The position numbers and the translations under genes are program-made. Source: a virus (lineage: Duplodnaviria; Caudoviricetes). Taken from it: a stretch of 56,924 nt of DNA. The notes under the pieces were generated by a model that was not told the origin of the DNA, ran no database searches, and was given only the letters and a program-made list of their open reading frames with translations. Where the stretch lies: the IMG/VR virus record IMGVR_UViG_3300045781_000081, positions 1 through 56,924 of that record; one strand, written 5' to 3'. This document shows positions 44,650 through 54,560 of the stretch, piece by piece (positions within the stretch are counted from its first letter, which is position 1; every line of letters starts with the position of its first letter).

Positions 44650-44853
44650 ATGCCGGATAATCGGCTGGAGGGCGTTGTATCGTGTCTGGAGTGTCCCAAG
44701 TTCGACCGCAGCGAGGCACCGTGCAAATGGCGTATTGGCGGTAACGATTGCCCGCGTCGTGAGGACGTGACGGGCTGCACGGAGTGCGCAGACTACAACA
44801 CGACCATTATTGTGTCGGTGAGCGAGTGCTGCGGACGGGCGGTGCCGGTATGA
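44650..44853 (+). CDS. Cys-rich hypothetical protein
   Basis: Two CxxC motifs; ATGA coupling. Confidence 0.55.
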   Translation: MPDNRLEGVVSCLECPKFDRSEAPCKWRIGGNDCPRREDVTGCTECADYNTTIIVSVSECCGRAVPV

Positions 44854-45278
44854 GTGCTGCCGGCAAACTGATAGCCGAGATGGAGGGTGAGTTCAACGCT
44901 AAAACCAATCAGATGATTGAGCGGCACGCTGAACAAATTACCCAGCTCATGCTCGACCGCGACTGGTTGACTACTGTCGGTGGTGCGATCCACGCCAACA
45001 AACTGCGTCACGGTTGGAAGGTAACAGGTCGTGGTGCGTTTGAATCGGACCCGGAGCAGGTCTTGGCGGTGCTCATGCTTGTGGTTACAGAGGTCGCCGA
45101 GGCAGCGGAAGCGGTGCGTAAAACGGATGAACTGAATTTCCGCGAGGAATTGGCCGACATTGTGATCCGCGTGATCGGCTTGGCGCACGGTATGGGTATC
45201 GACATGCGAGCGGAGATTTTGGCAAAGGTCGAGAAGAATTCAACGCGGGAACACAAACATGGAGGTAAGCGGGTATGA
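44850..45278 (+). CDS. MazG-like nucleotide pyrophosphohydrolase
   Basis: EVAEAAEAVRK...EELADIVIR...K..KN..R...HG.K. Confidence 0.88.
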   Translation: MSAAGKLIAEMEGEFNAKTNQMIERHAEQITQLMLDRDWLTTVGGAIHANKLRHGWKVTGRGAFESDPEQVLAVLMLVVTEVAEAAEAVRKTDELNFREELADIVIRVIGLAHGMGIDMRAEILAKVEKNSTREHKHGGKRV

Positions 45279-45553
45279 AATGCAGCGACTGTAAGTATCA
45301 CATTGACGAGGATACTGGATATTCCAACTGGACCGTTGAAGGGACGGACATAGACTGTCTGTTAAAACTGAACCCTGGGTTGCCCAAAGATAGGTGGTAT
45401 AATGAAGACCCGGTTTTGGATTTTGCTAACCAGTGCGAGAAATTCGTAGAAGGACCGGGTGTTGAAGTCGATGTCGATATTGGGTTAGGTGATTTGATGA
45501 ATTATTCCGATGATCCTGAGATAAAAGAATTACTTAGTAAACGGAGTCTGTAA
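45275..45553 (+). CDS. Hypothetical Cys-containing acidic protein
   Basis: GGAGG RBS; ATGA coupling. Confidence 0.65.
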   Translation: MKCSDCKYHIDEDTGYSNWTVEGTDIDCLLKLNPGLPKDRWYNEDPVLDFANQCEKFVEGPGVEVDVDIGLGDLMNYSDDPEIKELLSKRSL

Positions 45554-45562
45554 AAACGAAAC

Positions 45563-45600
45563 AAGGGCGGTTCACCTCATAAGTGAACCGCCCTTTCTTT
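45563..45600. terminator. Intrinsic terminator between convergent units
   Basis: 13-bp stem AAGGGCGGTTCAC/GTGAACCGCCCTT with T-rich tail. Confidence 0.85.
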
Positions 45601-45649
45601 ATGTTCAACCGCTGGCACCCACTGGTGCGCTACAGAAAGCATTTTTCTG

Positions 45650-45772
45650 TCATAACCATCCGCACCATGTCAATATCCAAAGAGGCAACCAAACAATAAT
45701 CAAACCTGTCATGCCGACTATAACTAACCAAACACCAAACGAGGCTGTGACCGAGCCAATCCGTATCATCAT
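45650..45772 (-). CDS. Small membrane protein
   Basis: MMIRIGSVTASFGVWLVIVG... after AGGAGG. Confidence 0.45.
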   Translation of the reverse strand: MMIRIGSVTASFGVWLVIVGMTGLIIVWLPLWILTWCGWL

Positions 45773-45773
45773 G

Positions 45774-48194
45774 TTACCCTCCTGCCGTTGCGAACGCCGG
45801 GCACGCCGCGCCAGGTGCTGCCGCTCCAATCTGGCAGTCCAGATAATGCTTGACGATTTCCACGTTGCCGACGATGTTGCCGACGATGTGTCCAATTTTG
45901 ATATAAAGCACAGGTTTCCCTATCAGACCGCAGGCGTCCTTTATGTTGTTGTTCACCTGCCCGTTTGCTAGTCCGGGGTGACGTTCGTACCCCAAACCGC
46001 GCATCATTTCCTTGCGTTTCACATGAGGCATCCGGTTGTTCATGTTGTTGTCCTTGAGCAACTTGTCGAGCGCCAGGCTTGACACCCAACCACCGATAAA
46101 ACCGGGTTGACCATTTGTTATGGCTGCGGCAACCTCCTGCTCGATGTTGCCGAGCGACAGACTCACCGCCTCGTCGCTGCTGCTGGATCGGGGAGCTTCC
46201 TGACAGTCGCGGGCCGGGTTCAGCTCGGCACACAGCGCGTATTTGTGCAGGTAGTCACATACAACAGCGTAGCCGTAGTTCGCACCGTGTTCCGCGTACT
46301 TCCCGCGCCCGGTAAACCAGTCGTAGAGGTCCGGGAAGTAGGAGCCGCCCATGCCGTCGCGCATCTTGTCGGACTTGCACTGCTGCGCGGTGTAGAGGAT
46401 GGTGTAGCGGCGCTGGTCGGCGGTGGTCGGCACACCATCCTTGTGGTTGGTACACATGACGCCGTTGGCGCGGTTGTCGCCGGTCACCTGGTCGCGTCCC
46501 TTCCCTTCGATCTGGATACGGTCGTTGGTCACAATCGCCTTGAACGCCTCCAGGAAGTCGCGCCGGTCGTTGACGTAAATTTCTTCGATCCCGATGAACA
46601 GTTTACCGACAATCCAGGAGTTGAATTTCGCTCCATTTCGTGCCATGTCGTCCACGTTCGGCAGATGGGAATACCGTTGCCCCACCGCGTGCGCCAGGCA
46701 CCGTATTATGGCACTCTTGCCGTTTCCTTCTGTGCCTTGGATAACCGGCCACCACTGAAATTTCGTGCCGGGGTTCTGAACCATCGACGCCATGTAGGTG
46801 AGCAGGATTTCCCGGTCGCGGTCCACCGGCAGTATCTTGCGCAGGAGCGACAGAAACGGTGTAGCATCGCCAGCAACGCGCCGGGTCTGTACCGGGGTGA
46901 ATGTGTTTACCGTGCGGCGGTTTTCTTCCACGGTGATAGCTCCAGCGGGTTGCTCCGGTCGGAAACAAACAGCGTGCGCTTTGGGGAACGACACAGCTTG
47001 GGATTTGGTGAAACATTCAAAAGCGGATTTGGTCGTTTTGGTCGCCTGGGAGTCCATGACGAAAAGTCGCCCGCCATACTCAACGTCGAACTGATCCGGT
47101 TTGAGCAGGTCGCCGTCCGGCACCAGCACACAATGACCCTGACGGATATAGCAGCATCCTTTAAAGAATTCCGGTTGCTCGCTGACGGTGCAGTAGGCAA
47201 CGCCGACGCCGGTAATCTCACCTGTCACCGGGTCGATGTGCTGCGTGGGGGCGGGCGCGGCAGGCTTGTCACCGAGCACTTTGCTGCACTGCCCAACTGC
47301 CTTTAGCACGCTGCGCTGCATGTACTGCTCGATGTGGTGACGTTCGGGCCGGAACAACGACGACATGCGGAACAGGCGGTCAATGCGGGCGCAATCCTTA
47401 CCAGTCCAGAACGCGAGGTGCTGCATAAGCGCAGCGTCGGCGGCGGACGCGTCATAACCGCTACCATGGTTATCCGGGTAAGTACGCAAGAGCGGTTCGT
47501 AGTTGGCGGACCATAAGTCTTGCACGGTGGCTTTACCACCCATGACAGCGGCAGCGGATGGTTTCGACAGGAGGATGCGGGACAGCAGGTCGTTGTCGTC
47601 GGTCGGTCCGTTCCAGGTGGGGTCCGGTCCGGTTGTCCATTCGGTTGACGGCGTTGCCACATCGCTGCCGGACCATCCCGGCCAGGCCAGCAGAGGTGCC
47701 AGGTCAGCGGGGCGGCTTGCGTCACCCTGCGCGTGGTAACCGGTCAGAGTGATAAAGTGACCTTTGTTAAAACCGTAGAGGTCGATCTGGTATGTTTTGT
47801 TCGACTCAGGATGGTTACCGAGCGGCGGGCAGGTGCCTATGATGTGTAAACCAGTTCCTGACGGCGACACTTCACAGTAGCACCCTGCATAATGAGCACA
47901 TATCTGTTGGGCGACGGGTGACCAGGTGCCGTCCGGCTGGAGCTGACCGTCGAGGTCGATACAGAAAAACGGGTCGGTTGCTTCAAACGAAAAACCTATT
48001 CCAGTTGCACCGCTTCCGGGTAGCGCGGCCAACGCCTCGGCACCCGTCATGCGGTTGGCAGGATCACGGTGACTGGCTTTCCAACCGGTGCGTGGGTCGA
48101 TGGAGATTTTGTCCATTTTACCCGGACGCGTTGTCGAGGGTATAGCTTTCCAAAGCACGAACTGGCGGTAGGCAGCCATGGCTTGAGGTATCAC
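45774..48194 (-). CDS. Primase-polymerase (NrS-1-like) fused to SF3 helicase
   Basis: CIDLD, EVSPSGTGLHI, HLAFWTG.D helix bundle, GTEGNGKS Walker A, IEEI. Confidence 0.92.
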   Translation of the reverse strand: MIPQAMAAYRQFVLWKAIPSTTRPGKMDKISIDPRTGWKASHRDPANRMTGAEALAALPGSGATGIGFSFEATDPFFCIDLDGQLQPDGTWSPVAQQICAHYAGCYCEVSPSGTGLHIIGTCPPLGNHPESNKTYQIDLYGFNKGHFITLTGYHAQGDASRPADLAPLLAWPGWSGSDVATPSTEWTTGPDPTWNGPTDDNDLLSRILLSKPSAAAVMGGKATVQDLWSANYEPLLRTYPDNHGSGYDASAADAALMQHLAFWTGKDCARIDRLFRMSSLFRPERHHIEQYMQRSVLKAVGQCSKVLGDKPAAPAPTQHIDPVTGEITGVGVAYCTVSEQPEFFKGCCYIRQGHCVLVPDGDLLKPDQFDVEYGGRLFVMDSQATKTTKSAFECFTKSQAVSFPKAHAVCFRPEQPAGAITVEENRRTVNTFTPVQTRRVAGDATPFLSLLRKILPVDRDREILLTYMASMVQNPGTKFQWWPVIQGTEGNGKSAIIRCLAHAVGQRYSHLPNVDDMARNGAKFNSWIVGKLFIGIEEIYVNDRRDFLEAFKAIVTNDRIQIEGKGRDQVTGDNRANGVMCTNHKDGVPTTADQRRYTILYTAQQCKSDKMRDGMGGSYFPDLYDWFTGRGKYAEHGANYGYAVVCDYLHKYALCAELNPARDCQEAPRSSSSDEAVSLSLGNIEQEVAAAITNGQPGFIGGWVSSLALDKLLKDNNMNNRMPHVKRKEMMRGLGYERHPGLANGQVNNNIKDACGLIGKPVLYIKIGHIVGNIVGNVEIVKHYLDCQIGAAAPGAACPAFATAGG

Positions 48195-48202
48195 GTCGCC
48201 TC

Positions 48203-48526
48203 CTAGTGGTTCGTCGCAATCCAATGAATAGCGGCCTGTCTCAGTGCAGGCGGGCACGCTAAAATATGTGGGCACCGATGTATAGCAGCCTCACCGATAA
48301 TCTGCAAGATTTCATGTTCGATGGCGTGCGCTATGACAGCGGCACGGAGCGAGTCGGCGGTGTAGTAGTGCAGCACCAGGCCGATTGACACATTTGCCTC
48401 GCGGGCGACGGCAGAGCAACTGGTGCGGGAGTATCCGTCGCGGGTGGCAACTGCGATCGCAGCGGTGAGTATTCCGAGAGCGCGGGCGTCGGGTTCCAGG
48501 CGTCGGGGTGCGGTGGGGGTGGTCAT
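48203..48526 (-). CDS. TetR-like HTH protein
   Basis: IL.AA......GY..T....VAREANVS.GLV.HY. Confidence 0.8.
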   Translation of the reverse strand: MTTPTAPRRLEPDARALGILTAAIAVATRDGYSRTSCSAVAREANVSIGLVLHYYTADSLRAAVIAHAIEHEILQIIGEAAIHRCPHILACPPALRQAAIHWIATNH

Positions 48527-49011
48527 GGTGCCTCCGGGTCAGTTACGAACTTGGCGATCCCGCCGAGCGACTGAACTTTTTTAATGAAATTAAATTGGGC
48601 AACAGCGCGGTCGTCTGACTGTCTGAATTTCCACGTAGGTGCTTTACATTCCTCGGCGGTGAAAATACCCGCCGTGTAGCCGACGTGAGCAGGTGTGATC
48701 ACAATAGGCGTGATACCGATCAGGTCGGACGATTTCATGACTTTGATCGTTTCGGGACTGGTGTGACCCAAACCGTACCGGACTAAGCGACCGGTCGAGT
48801 CTTGGCAAGCGCCGCTGTTGTTGCGTAGCAGCCAATAACCGTGTCGTGCGGCGCGGAGTATGCGGCGTGACTGCGTGCCCGCTTCGCTCGCCGTGTCATT
48901 GACCGGGGTGGTTGCTGCGGTTGGCACGGCGGCACCCATGACCGCGAGCAGTTCCTGGAGGAATTGAGGGGGGAGCTGCCAACGGTTGACCAGGGTAACG
49001 AGAGAGTTCAT
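48523..49011 (-). CDS. VRR-NUC family PD-(D/E)xK nuclease
   Basis: RNNSG, SSDLIG, ECK, Q..F...V...GG.A.F. Confidence 0.85.
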   Translation of the reverse strand: MNSLVTLVNRWQLPPQFLQELLAVMGAAVPTAATTPVNDTASEAGTQSRRILRAARHGYWLLRNNSGACQDSTGRLVRYGLGHTSPETIKVMKSSDLIGITPIVITPAHVGYTAGIFTAEECKAPTWKFRQSDDRAVAQFNFIKKVQSLGGIAKFVTDPEAP

Positions 49012-49012
49012 A

Positions 49013-49294
49013 TTACTGACCACCTCCCAGCAGCGACTCAGCGCCGAGCTTTGCACAAACCAGTTGTCCCTCAAAACCCGCAAAGTCAGGACCAGGGAAG
49101 GGGAACGGTCCAACCGACATGTAAACCATCCCCACACCGGTATAGAGTCGCGCTGACTTGTCGCGGTAGAGTGACAGAAATATGCCGTCTTTTTCATAGG
49201 TGACGCTCGGTCCGGCTCCGGGATCACCGACCATCTCGGCGTGTACCGTATAGCCGGCGGCGCGGGCGGCTGCGTGTCGTGGGTCAGCGTGCAT
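49013..49294 (-). CDS. Hypothetical protein
   Basis: AGGAG RBS; fills the gap between neighbours. Confidence 0.6.
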   Translation of the reverse strand: MHADPRHAAARAAGYTVHAEMVGDPGAGPSVTYEKDGIFLSLYRDKSARLYTGVGMVYMSVGPFPFPGPDFAGFEGQLVCAKLGAESLLGGGQ

Positions 49295-49303
49295 GGATAA
49301 CTC

Positions 49304-50230
49304 CTACCATTGGTTGTATTGGCAATCTGCGGGTAATTCTTCGTCGGTTTCTTCACCTGTCACGGCGTCTCGAACAGGCGGTTCGTATGCTTTCCCGGAA
49401 ATCCACCAGTTCCACAAATCGTCCACGCTGTCCATTTTCTCAATCCAACGGTCGTGGTTGCCGTGTTTGTTCTCACGTAAGGTCGGAACACCTTTCCAAC
49501 GATCCCAATATTTCTGAAACCCGCGTTTCCACAATTTCTCGTAGTGCGGCCAGCGTGCAAAGTCTTTCGCCATTCCTTTTGGACCACCCATCGGGCAACC
49601 GATGCAGCCGAGTCGTGCAAAACCCTCGTCGTAGAGTGAACAATACTCCATTTTCTGCTCGTAGATGAACGTCCAAATGTCAACGTCGGTCCAGTATAAA
49701 ATCGGGCACATAATTGGGCTATTGTCTCGTTTGTGAAACGAGACAATAGCCCAAGCACCTTTGCGGCGTTGCGATTCCGGCGCACGTACACCTATTGCTT
49801 GAAACAGACCATTACCACCCTGCTCCTTGTAAATCTCACAACACCAGCGGGCCAGTCTTGTTGGTGGTCCGCTGGCTTTATCGGCCATTTTGGAGCAAAG
49901 GTGCATCGCCGGATTATTCCATGTGACTTCTGGGTATTTGTCCTTGATGAACCGTACCAGTTCAGGCGGGTCGATAGTCACATTGTTGTAAAACGGTTTG
50001 TATTTGACTCCTGCCATTTTAAATAACCTCTCCATCACGATGCTGTCTTTGCCACCGCTGAACGCAACGTAATATCCGTCCGGTGAGAGAGAGAGAGCAC
50101 TTGATTCCATGAGTTGTATTAGACCAATCGCCTGACGAACTTTATCAGCGAGCGGTTGAGCAATGGCAATCTGATACTGTGTCTCGATCTGCTGTTCTTC
50201 TTCGGTTAATATTTTCTTAGGTTTAGCCAT
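49304..50230 (-). CDS. PAPS reductase-family (PP-loop) protein
   Basis: AFSGGKDS, RWCC..YKE, GVR.PES.RR, PI..WT, RLGCIGCP. Confidence 0.92.
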   Translation of the reverse strand: MAKPKKILTEEEQQIETQYQIAIAQPLADKVRQAIGLIQLMESSALSLSPDGYYVAFSGGKDSIVMERLFKMAGVKYKPFYNNVTIDPPELVRFIKDKYPEVTWNNPAMHLCSKMADKASGPPTRLARWCCEIYKEQGGNGLFQAIGVRAPESQRRKGAWAIVSFHKRDNSPIMCPILYWTDVDIWTFIYEQKMEYCSLYDEGFARLGCIGCPMGGPKGMAKDFARWPHYEKLWKRGFQKYWDRWKGVPTLRENKHGNHDRWIEKMDSVDDLWNWWISGKAYEPPVRDAVTGEETDEELPADCQYNQW

Positions 50231-50577
50231 TAGTAGTCACCGAGTGTTACTGTTTTGTCGGGCATTACAATTGTCACTCGCAATTGACCAAGACATGATT
50301 TGAGACGTGATGCAAGCGCAAAAATTCTATCTTCCAAGTCGTCCGGTTCCATTGGAAATCTCGGGTAATTTATGAAACCGATTATCGCACCCGGCTCTTC
50401 TCCACCGGTATAAATAAACTCAGTCGTTGTAACGGTTACACATAACCCAATTTCGTCTACAAACTCATGGCAAACGTCTTTTACCACATTAATTGGGTGA
50501 ACTATGTTGGAATACTCACTGCGCAAACCAACGAAAATTTGACCTACCCATGTGTTAACCGGCTTTATCATCGTCAT
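50230..50577 (-). CDS. Conserved phage hypothetical protein
   Basis: GLCVTVT.T.FIY.GG.E.G..IG.INYPRFP. Confidence 0.75.
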   Translation of the reverse strand: MTMIKPVNTWVGQIFVGLRSEYSNIVHPINVVKDVCHEFVDEIGLCVTVTTTEFIYTGGEEPGAIIGFINYPRFPMEPDDLEDRIFALASRLKSCLGQLRVTIVMPDKTVTLGDY

Positions 50578-52307
50578 CGGCGTGCTCCCCCTGTGGTCGC
50601 TCCCGTGCGCAGCTCCGTGTCGAGGCGCACGATGTCATTGCAAAGCAGTTGTGTCATTTCGTCAGCGTCGGACCGACCGAGCGCCTGGGCGGACAGCACG
50701 TCGGTCTTGAACCGGTGGTAGAACCGGCGCTGTGCCTCGGCGATGTCGCGCCCCATGCTTGCCTGATACCCCATCCAGAGTTGCGCGGCCTCGCGCATGA
50801 ACGCCTGTGCAACCTGGCGCTCGCGGTGACGGTTGCGAGCTGCGAAAGCGACGACTTCGGGCTGTCCCATACGAATCATCTGGTTGAACACATACTGCGG
50901 GTCCGCGTCGATGCGCTCTTTCTCACCGCGCATGACCGCGAGGGTTGAAGGGTCAAGTTCCTCCAGCACGCCGTCAACCTGGTCCGGTGTGGACCGCTCG
51001 GCAGGTACCGGCACCATACCGCAGTACGGGCACTGCGACAGAAACCTTTCGTAAGGCCAGAGACATTCAGGGTTGGCGCAAGTCCGCATGGGGATAACGT
51101 CGGGGTCTTTGTTGGCGGTGCGACGCTCTTTGCGTTCTAGGCTCCACTCACGTGGGCGATCCGGCAGACCATGACGTAATACGTTATTTACATGGTCAAT
51201 TACAAAACCTACTTTTTTACCATCCATAAGTCTATCCATGCGACAAAACTGCTGGACATATAGACTATATGATTCCGTAGCTCGCCCCATAATCACTACT
51301 TCGACAGCCGGTACGTCTATACCTTCACCCAATATGTCCTGATTTGTGAGCATGAGCAATTCTCGTCGGGCGAAGCGTTTCATTATTTCAATGCGTGCTC
51401 GATCTGGTGTTTTAGCTGTAATGACTTCACAAGGTACACCTGCTTTGTTAAACTCAGCAGACCAAAGTGTTGCTGTTTCAACGTCGGGAGCAAACGTGAT
51501 GCCGAGTTTACCAGGTGTAATCCGTAAATAATGTTCGACCACATGACCTGTAATATTTGACTCACGAGTTTTCAATGCGAGCTGACCACGCACAAAGTCA
51601 CCGTCCGCGCCGGTCGCAACGGTAGACAGGTCCAAGTTGGATGGAGGGCAAAAGATACGGTAGTCGGTAAGGTACGGAGTGATTTTACCGTTCCAGTCTG
51701 GTATCCCGTTGATTAGCGTTCGCATGTCTGGCCCCTCGACCATCATGTCAAACACACCGTCTGCGTGTCGCCCAAGACCTTTACCGTCTGTGCGCTCCGG
51801 GGTCGCAGTGACACCAAGTCCTTTGGCGTTGGGGAACATGTCGATTGCCTTACCCCATTTATTGTCTTTGACAATATGGTGCGCCTCGTCAGTAACCCAA
51901 AGCGTGACCTGGTTGCACCACGCGGCCAGCGAGTCAGCGCGGCGCACTAATGTGTCCACACCAGCAACGGCAACGCGGCTGGAGGGATCGTAGAAGTCTT
52001 TTCCGAATAATTGGATATGGGATTGGATTATTGCTTTGATTACGTTGGGTGGGCCGATGATGCGGTGACGGACACCCCACATGGCGAGGGTGCGGGACAT
52101 CTGCCCGACCAGCTCCTGGCGGTGAGCGATGGCGAGGCAGGCACCATTGTGTTTCTCTATCTGGTCGGCGACAATGGGCGACTTCCCCCCACCGCACGCC
52201 ATTACAAATAGGACATTACGTTGCCCTGCGTTCCAGGCAGCATTTATCTGTATGTCGGCGACACTCTGGTATGTGCGTAATTTAGCTAACAACCTGCCCC
52301 CTGACAT
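50574..52307 (-). CDS. SF2 (DEAH) helicase with C-terminal Zn finger
   Basis: GGGKS, DEAHH, TATPER, GEGIDVP, C.NPEC...CPYCG. Confidence 0.93.
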   Translation of the reverse strand: MSGGRLLAKLRTYQSVADIQINAAWNAGQRNVLFVMACGGGKSPIVADQIEKHNGACLAIAHRQELVGQMSRTLAMWGVRHRIIGPPNVIKAIIQSHIQLFGKDFYDPSSRVAVAGVDTLVRRADSLAAWCNQVTLWVTDEAHHIVKDNKWGKAIDMFPNAKGLGVTATPERTDGKGLGRHADGVFDMMVEGPDMRTLINGIPDWNGKITPYLTDYRIFCPPSNLDLSTVATGADGDFVRGQLALKTRESNITGHVVEHYLRITPGKLGITFAPDVETATLWSAEFNKAGVPCEVITAKTPDRARIEIMKRFARRELLMLTNQDILGEGIDVPAVEVVIMGRATESYSLYVQQFCRMDRLMDGKKVGFVIDHVNNVLRHGLPDRPREWSLERKERRTANKDPDVIPMRTCANPECLWPYERFLSQCPYCGMVPVPAERSTPDQVDGVLEELDPSTLAVMRGEKERIDADPQYVFNQMIRMGQPEVVAFAARNRHRERQVAQAFMREAAQLWMGYQASMGRDIAEAQRRFYHRFKTDVLSAQALGRSDADEMTQLLCNDIVRLDTELRTGATTGGARR

Positions 52308-52378
52308 TACATATCATTAACCGACCGCTTTACTGTCAAAGCGGTCGGTGAGACGCACCCCGCCCTGACATGGTGAGC

Positions 52379-52464
52379 ACCTTACTGATTGTTGATAGAG
52401 GTGTCAATATATTTTTAACCGATGTAAAATAATTATTGACAGGGGTGTAAATAACATATAGTGT
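52379..52464. promoter_or_regulatory. Divergent sigma70 promoters
   Basis: Leftward TTGACA-17-TAAGGT (52407-52379); rightward TTGACA-17-TAGTGT (52436-52464); AT-rich sequence between. Confidence 0.75.
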
Positions 52465-52637
52465 CCCGTATCACAGCACGCCATGCAGGGATAACTACTA
52501 TGATTTCGTGTCTCAACTGTAAAATGGTCCGTAAGTGTGGCACCGCTGGAGATATTGCTATCAATGTATTTCTTCAAGCACTCAAGAGTCGTGCTTGAAT
52601 TGAGAAAAGCGAACCGAGGGGGAGGTGATCCGACAGC

Positions 52638-52925
52638 GTGAACAAGGGAGAACTGGTGGCTAAGACCGCGAGGCGCACCGGGTTGAGCCGGCGGCGTTGC
52701 GACATCATCCTCAAGGCAGCGTTTGTGATAATTCGGGAAACAGGGCATTTGGAATACCGAGGGTTTGGAGTATTTCGCACCAAGATTACAGGCGTCCGTC
52801 CTTACAAACTAGGTTGGAACGGCGAGCAAAACGTGACGCTGGGTAAAAAGAAGCTCGTTTTTGATGAAAGTAAGACAGACCCACGAACTAAAACCAAGGA
52901 GGAAGTGAGTAATGACGCAACATAA
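52638..52925 (+). CDS. HU/IHF-like DNA-binding protein
   Basis: MNKGELV..TA..TGLS...RGFGVF. Confidence 0.85.
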   Translation: MNKGELVAKTARRTGLSRRRCDIILKAAFVIIRETGHLEYRGFGVFRTKITGVRPYKLGWNGEQNVTLGKKKLVFDESKTDPRTKTKEEVSNDAT

Positions 52926-53925
52926 CACGTTGAAAATCGAAGTCTCCACCACGGACGGGCGCACGATGATGGAGCTGGGAAAAATGTTCATGTCGCTCGC
53001 GGGGCAGGCGCTGGGAGCTGTGCAGGTCGATCTGGACCGGGACATTGTGCAGCGGCAGCACGACATGGCGTGCGATGTGATCAAAGAAGCGCACCGTGTC
53101 GGCAGCGACGAATACAAAGAAGCACAGAAAACCCTCAATGCTGAGGACTCCGCACGTGCTGATCTGGTTGCGTTGGTACCTGGCACCCCGTTCAATCCGT
53201 TCCAGGCCGGCGCACCTGCGCCGCCGCCACCCGCCGGCACGGTATTTCCCGGTACGCCGTTATCCGACATGATGCCGCCGCCCGCATTTCCGCTGGTTCC
53301 GACTCCCCCCGCACCGCTTGTGCCTGGCGTCGAACTGGACAGCGCCGGCATACCGTGGGACGCTCGCATTCACTCCAAAAGCAAGGCGAAACTTGCCAAA
53401 ACTGCCGAGTGGAAACTGGCTAAAAACATCGACAAGAACCTGGTAACCACAGTAATTGCCGAACTGAAAGCGGTCATGGCTTCTCAGGTAACACCCGCCG
53501 CGCCGGGTCTTCCGGTACAGCCGGTGGCTCCCCCTGCACCGCCGCAGGTTCCGACACCTCCGGTGATCCCGACAACACCCGTCGTTCCCGCGCCGCCCGT
53601 ACTGACGCTGGTTCCGACACCGCCCGCACCTCCGCAGGTGCCCGTAACGCCGCAGACGGTAGCGCCCGCAGGCGAGCCGCCCACGACCTTTCCGGCGTTC
53701 CTCCAGGCAATGACCGCGTTTCAGAACGCCGGCCAGGTCACCAACGAACAGATACTCCAGGTGCTGAATGCCTACGGTATCCCCAATCCGGCGCTGCTCA
53801 ACGCGAAGCGTGAGCTGATCCCGACCGTCTACCAGTACCTCACCTTCATCGCAAGCGGTGCCTGGACGCTTGAGCAGGTGCTGATTAGCATCGCGCAGCA
53901 ACTGGCGGGCGGCGCAGGCGCGTGA
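52912..53925 (+). CDS. Pro-rich replication-module protein
   Basis: D..G.PWD.RIHS..K.....W motif flanked by Pro-rich linkers. Confidence 0.8.
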   Translation: MTQHNTLKIEVSTTDGRTMMELGKMFMSLAGQALGAVQVDLDRDIVQRQHDMACDVIKEAHRVGSDEYKEAQKTLNAEDSARADLVALVPGTPFNPFQAGAPAPPPPAGTVFPGTPLSDMMPPPAFPLVPTPPAPLVPGVELDSAGIPWDARIHSKSKAKLAKTAEWKLAKNIDKNLVTTVIAELKAVMASQVTPAAPGLPVQPVAPPAPPQVPTPPVIPTTPVVPAPPVLTLVPTPPAPPQVPVTPQTVAPAGEPPTTFPAFLQAMTAFQNAGQVTNEQILQVLNAYGIPNPALLNAKRELIPTVYQYLTFIASGAWTLEQVLISIAQQLAGGAGA

Positions 53926-54560
53926 TCATATACAAGGCCACCAACCTTGTGAACGGGAAAGTTTACGTAGGACAGACCATGCAACCGCTTTCGGTAAGAT
54001 TACACAGTCACAAACGATCTAAACACCCATTCGGTAGTGCTATCCGCAAATACGGAATGTTAAATTTTGATGTTGTAATTATAGATCGTGCCAATGGTAG
54101 ATTTTGTCTCAATAGCAAAGAATCATTTTGGATTGATTTTTATAAATGTATGGCACCGTCAGGTTACAATTTAACATCCGGTGGTGATGCACCAACCGAA
54201 ATTTCAGATGAAACCCGGATTAAACTTTCGGTGGCTACAACTAAGAGAATGGCATCCCCGGAAGCACGTGCTAAAGTATCAGCGGTACACTCAGGTAAAG
54301 TTGTATCACTGACAACGCGTGCGAAAATGTCAATTATACAACGGAACAAAATTACAACACTTGAGACGCGTATTAAAATGTCTGCTTCACAGTCTGGCCG
54401 AATCATAACACCGGAACACCGCGCAAAATTATCTGCTGCTGGCAAAAATAGGACACAAGAGGCACAAGACAGAATCACCGCTGGACTTATCGGAAGAAAA
54501 CTCTCTTTGGAGACGCGTGCTAAAATCTCCGCTTCGCATTTAGCGAGAAGGAAAACGAAT
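53922..54560 (+). mobile_element. GIY-YIG homing endonuclease with NUMOD3 repeats
   Basis: IIYK.TN.VNGKVYVGQT, GYNLT.GG, repeated ETR.K(M/I)S; AT-rich. Confidence 0.9.

Noticed and set aside
46107-47306. Long antisense ORFs (also 25779-26765, 40132-41070, 12091-12867)
   Set aside because: Shadow frames of GC-rich genes on the opposite strand, with no motifs or RBS.
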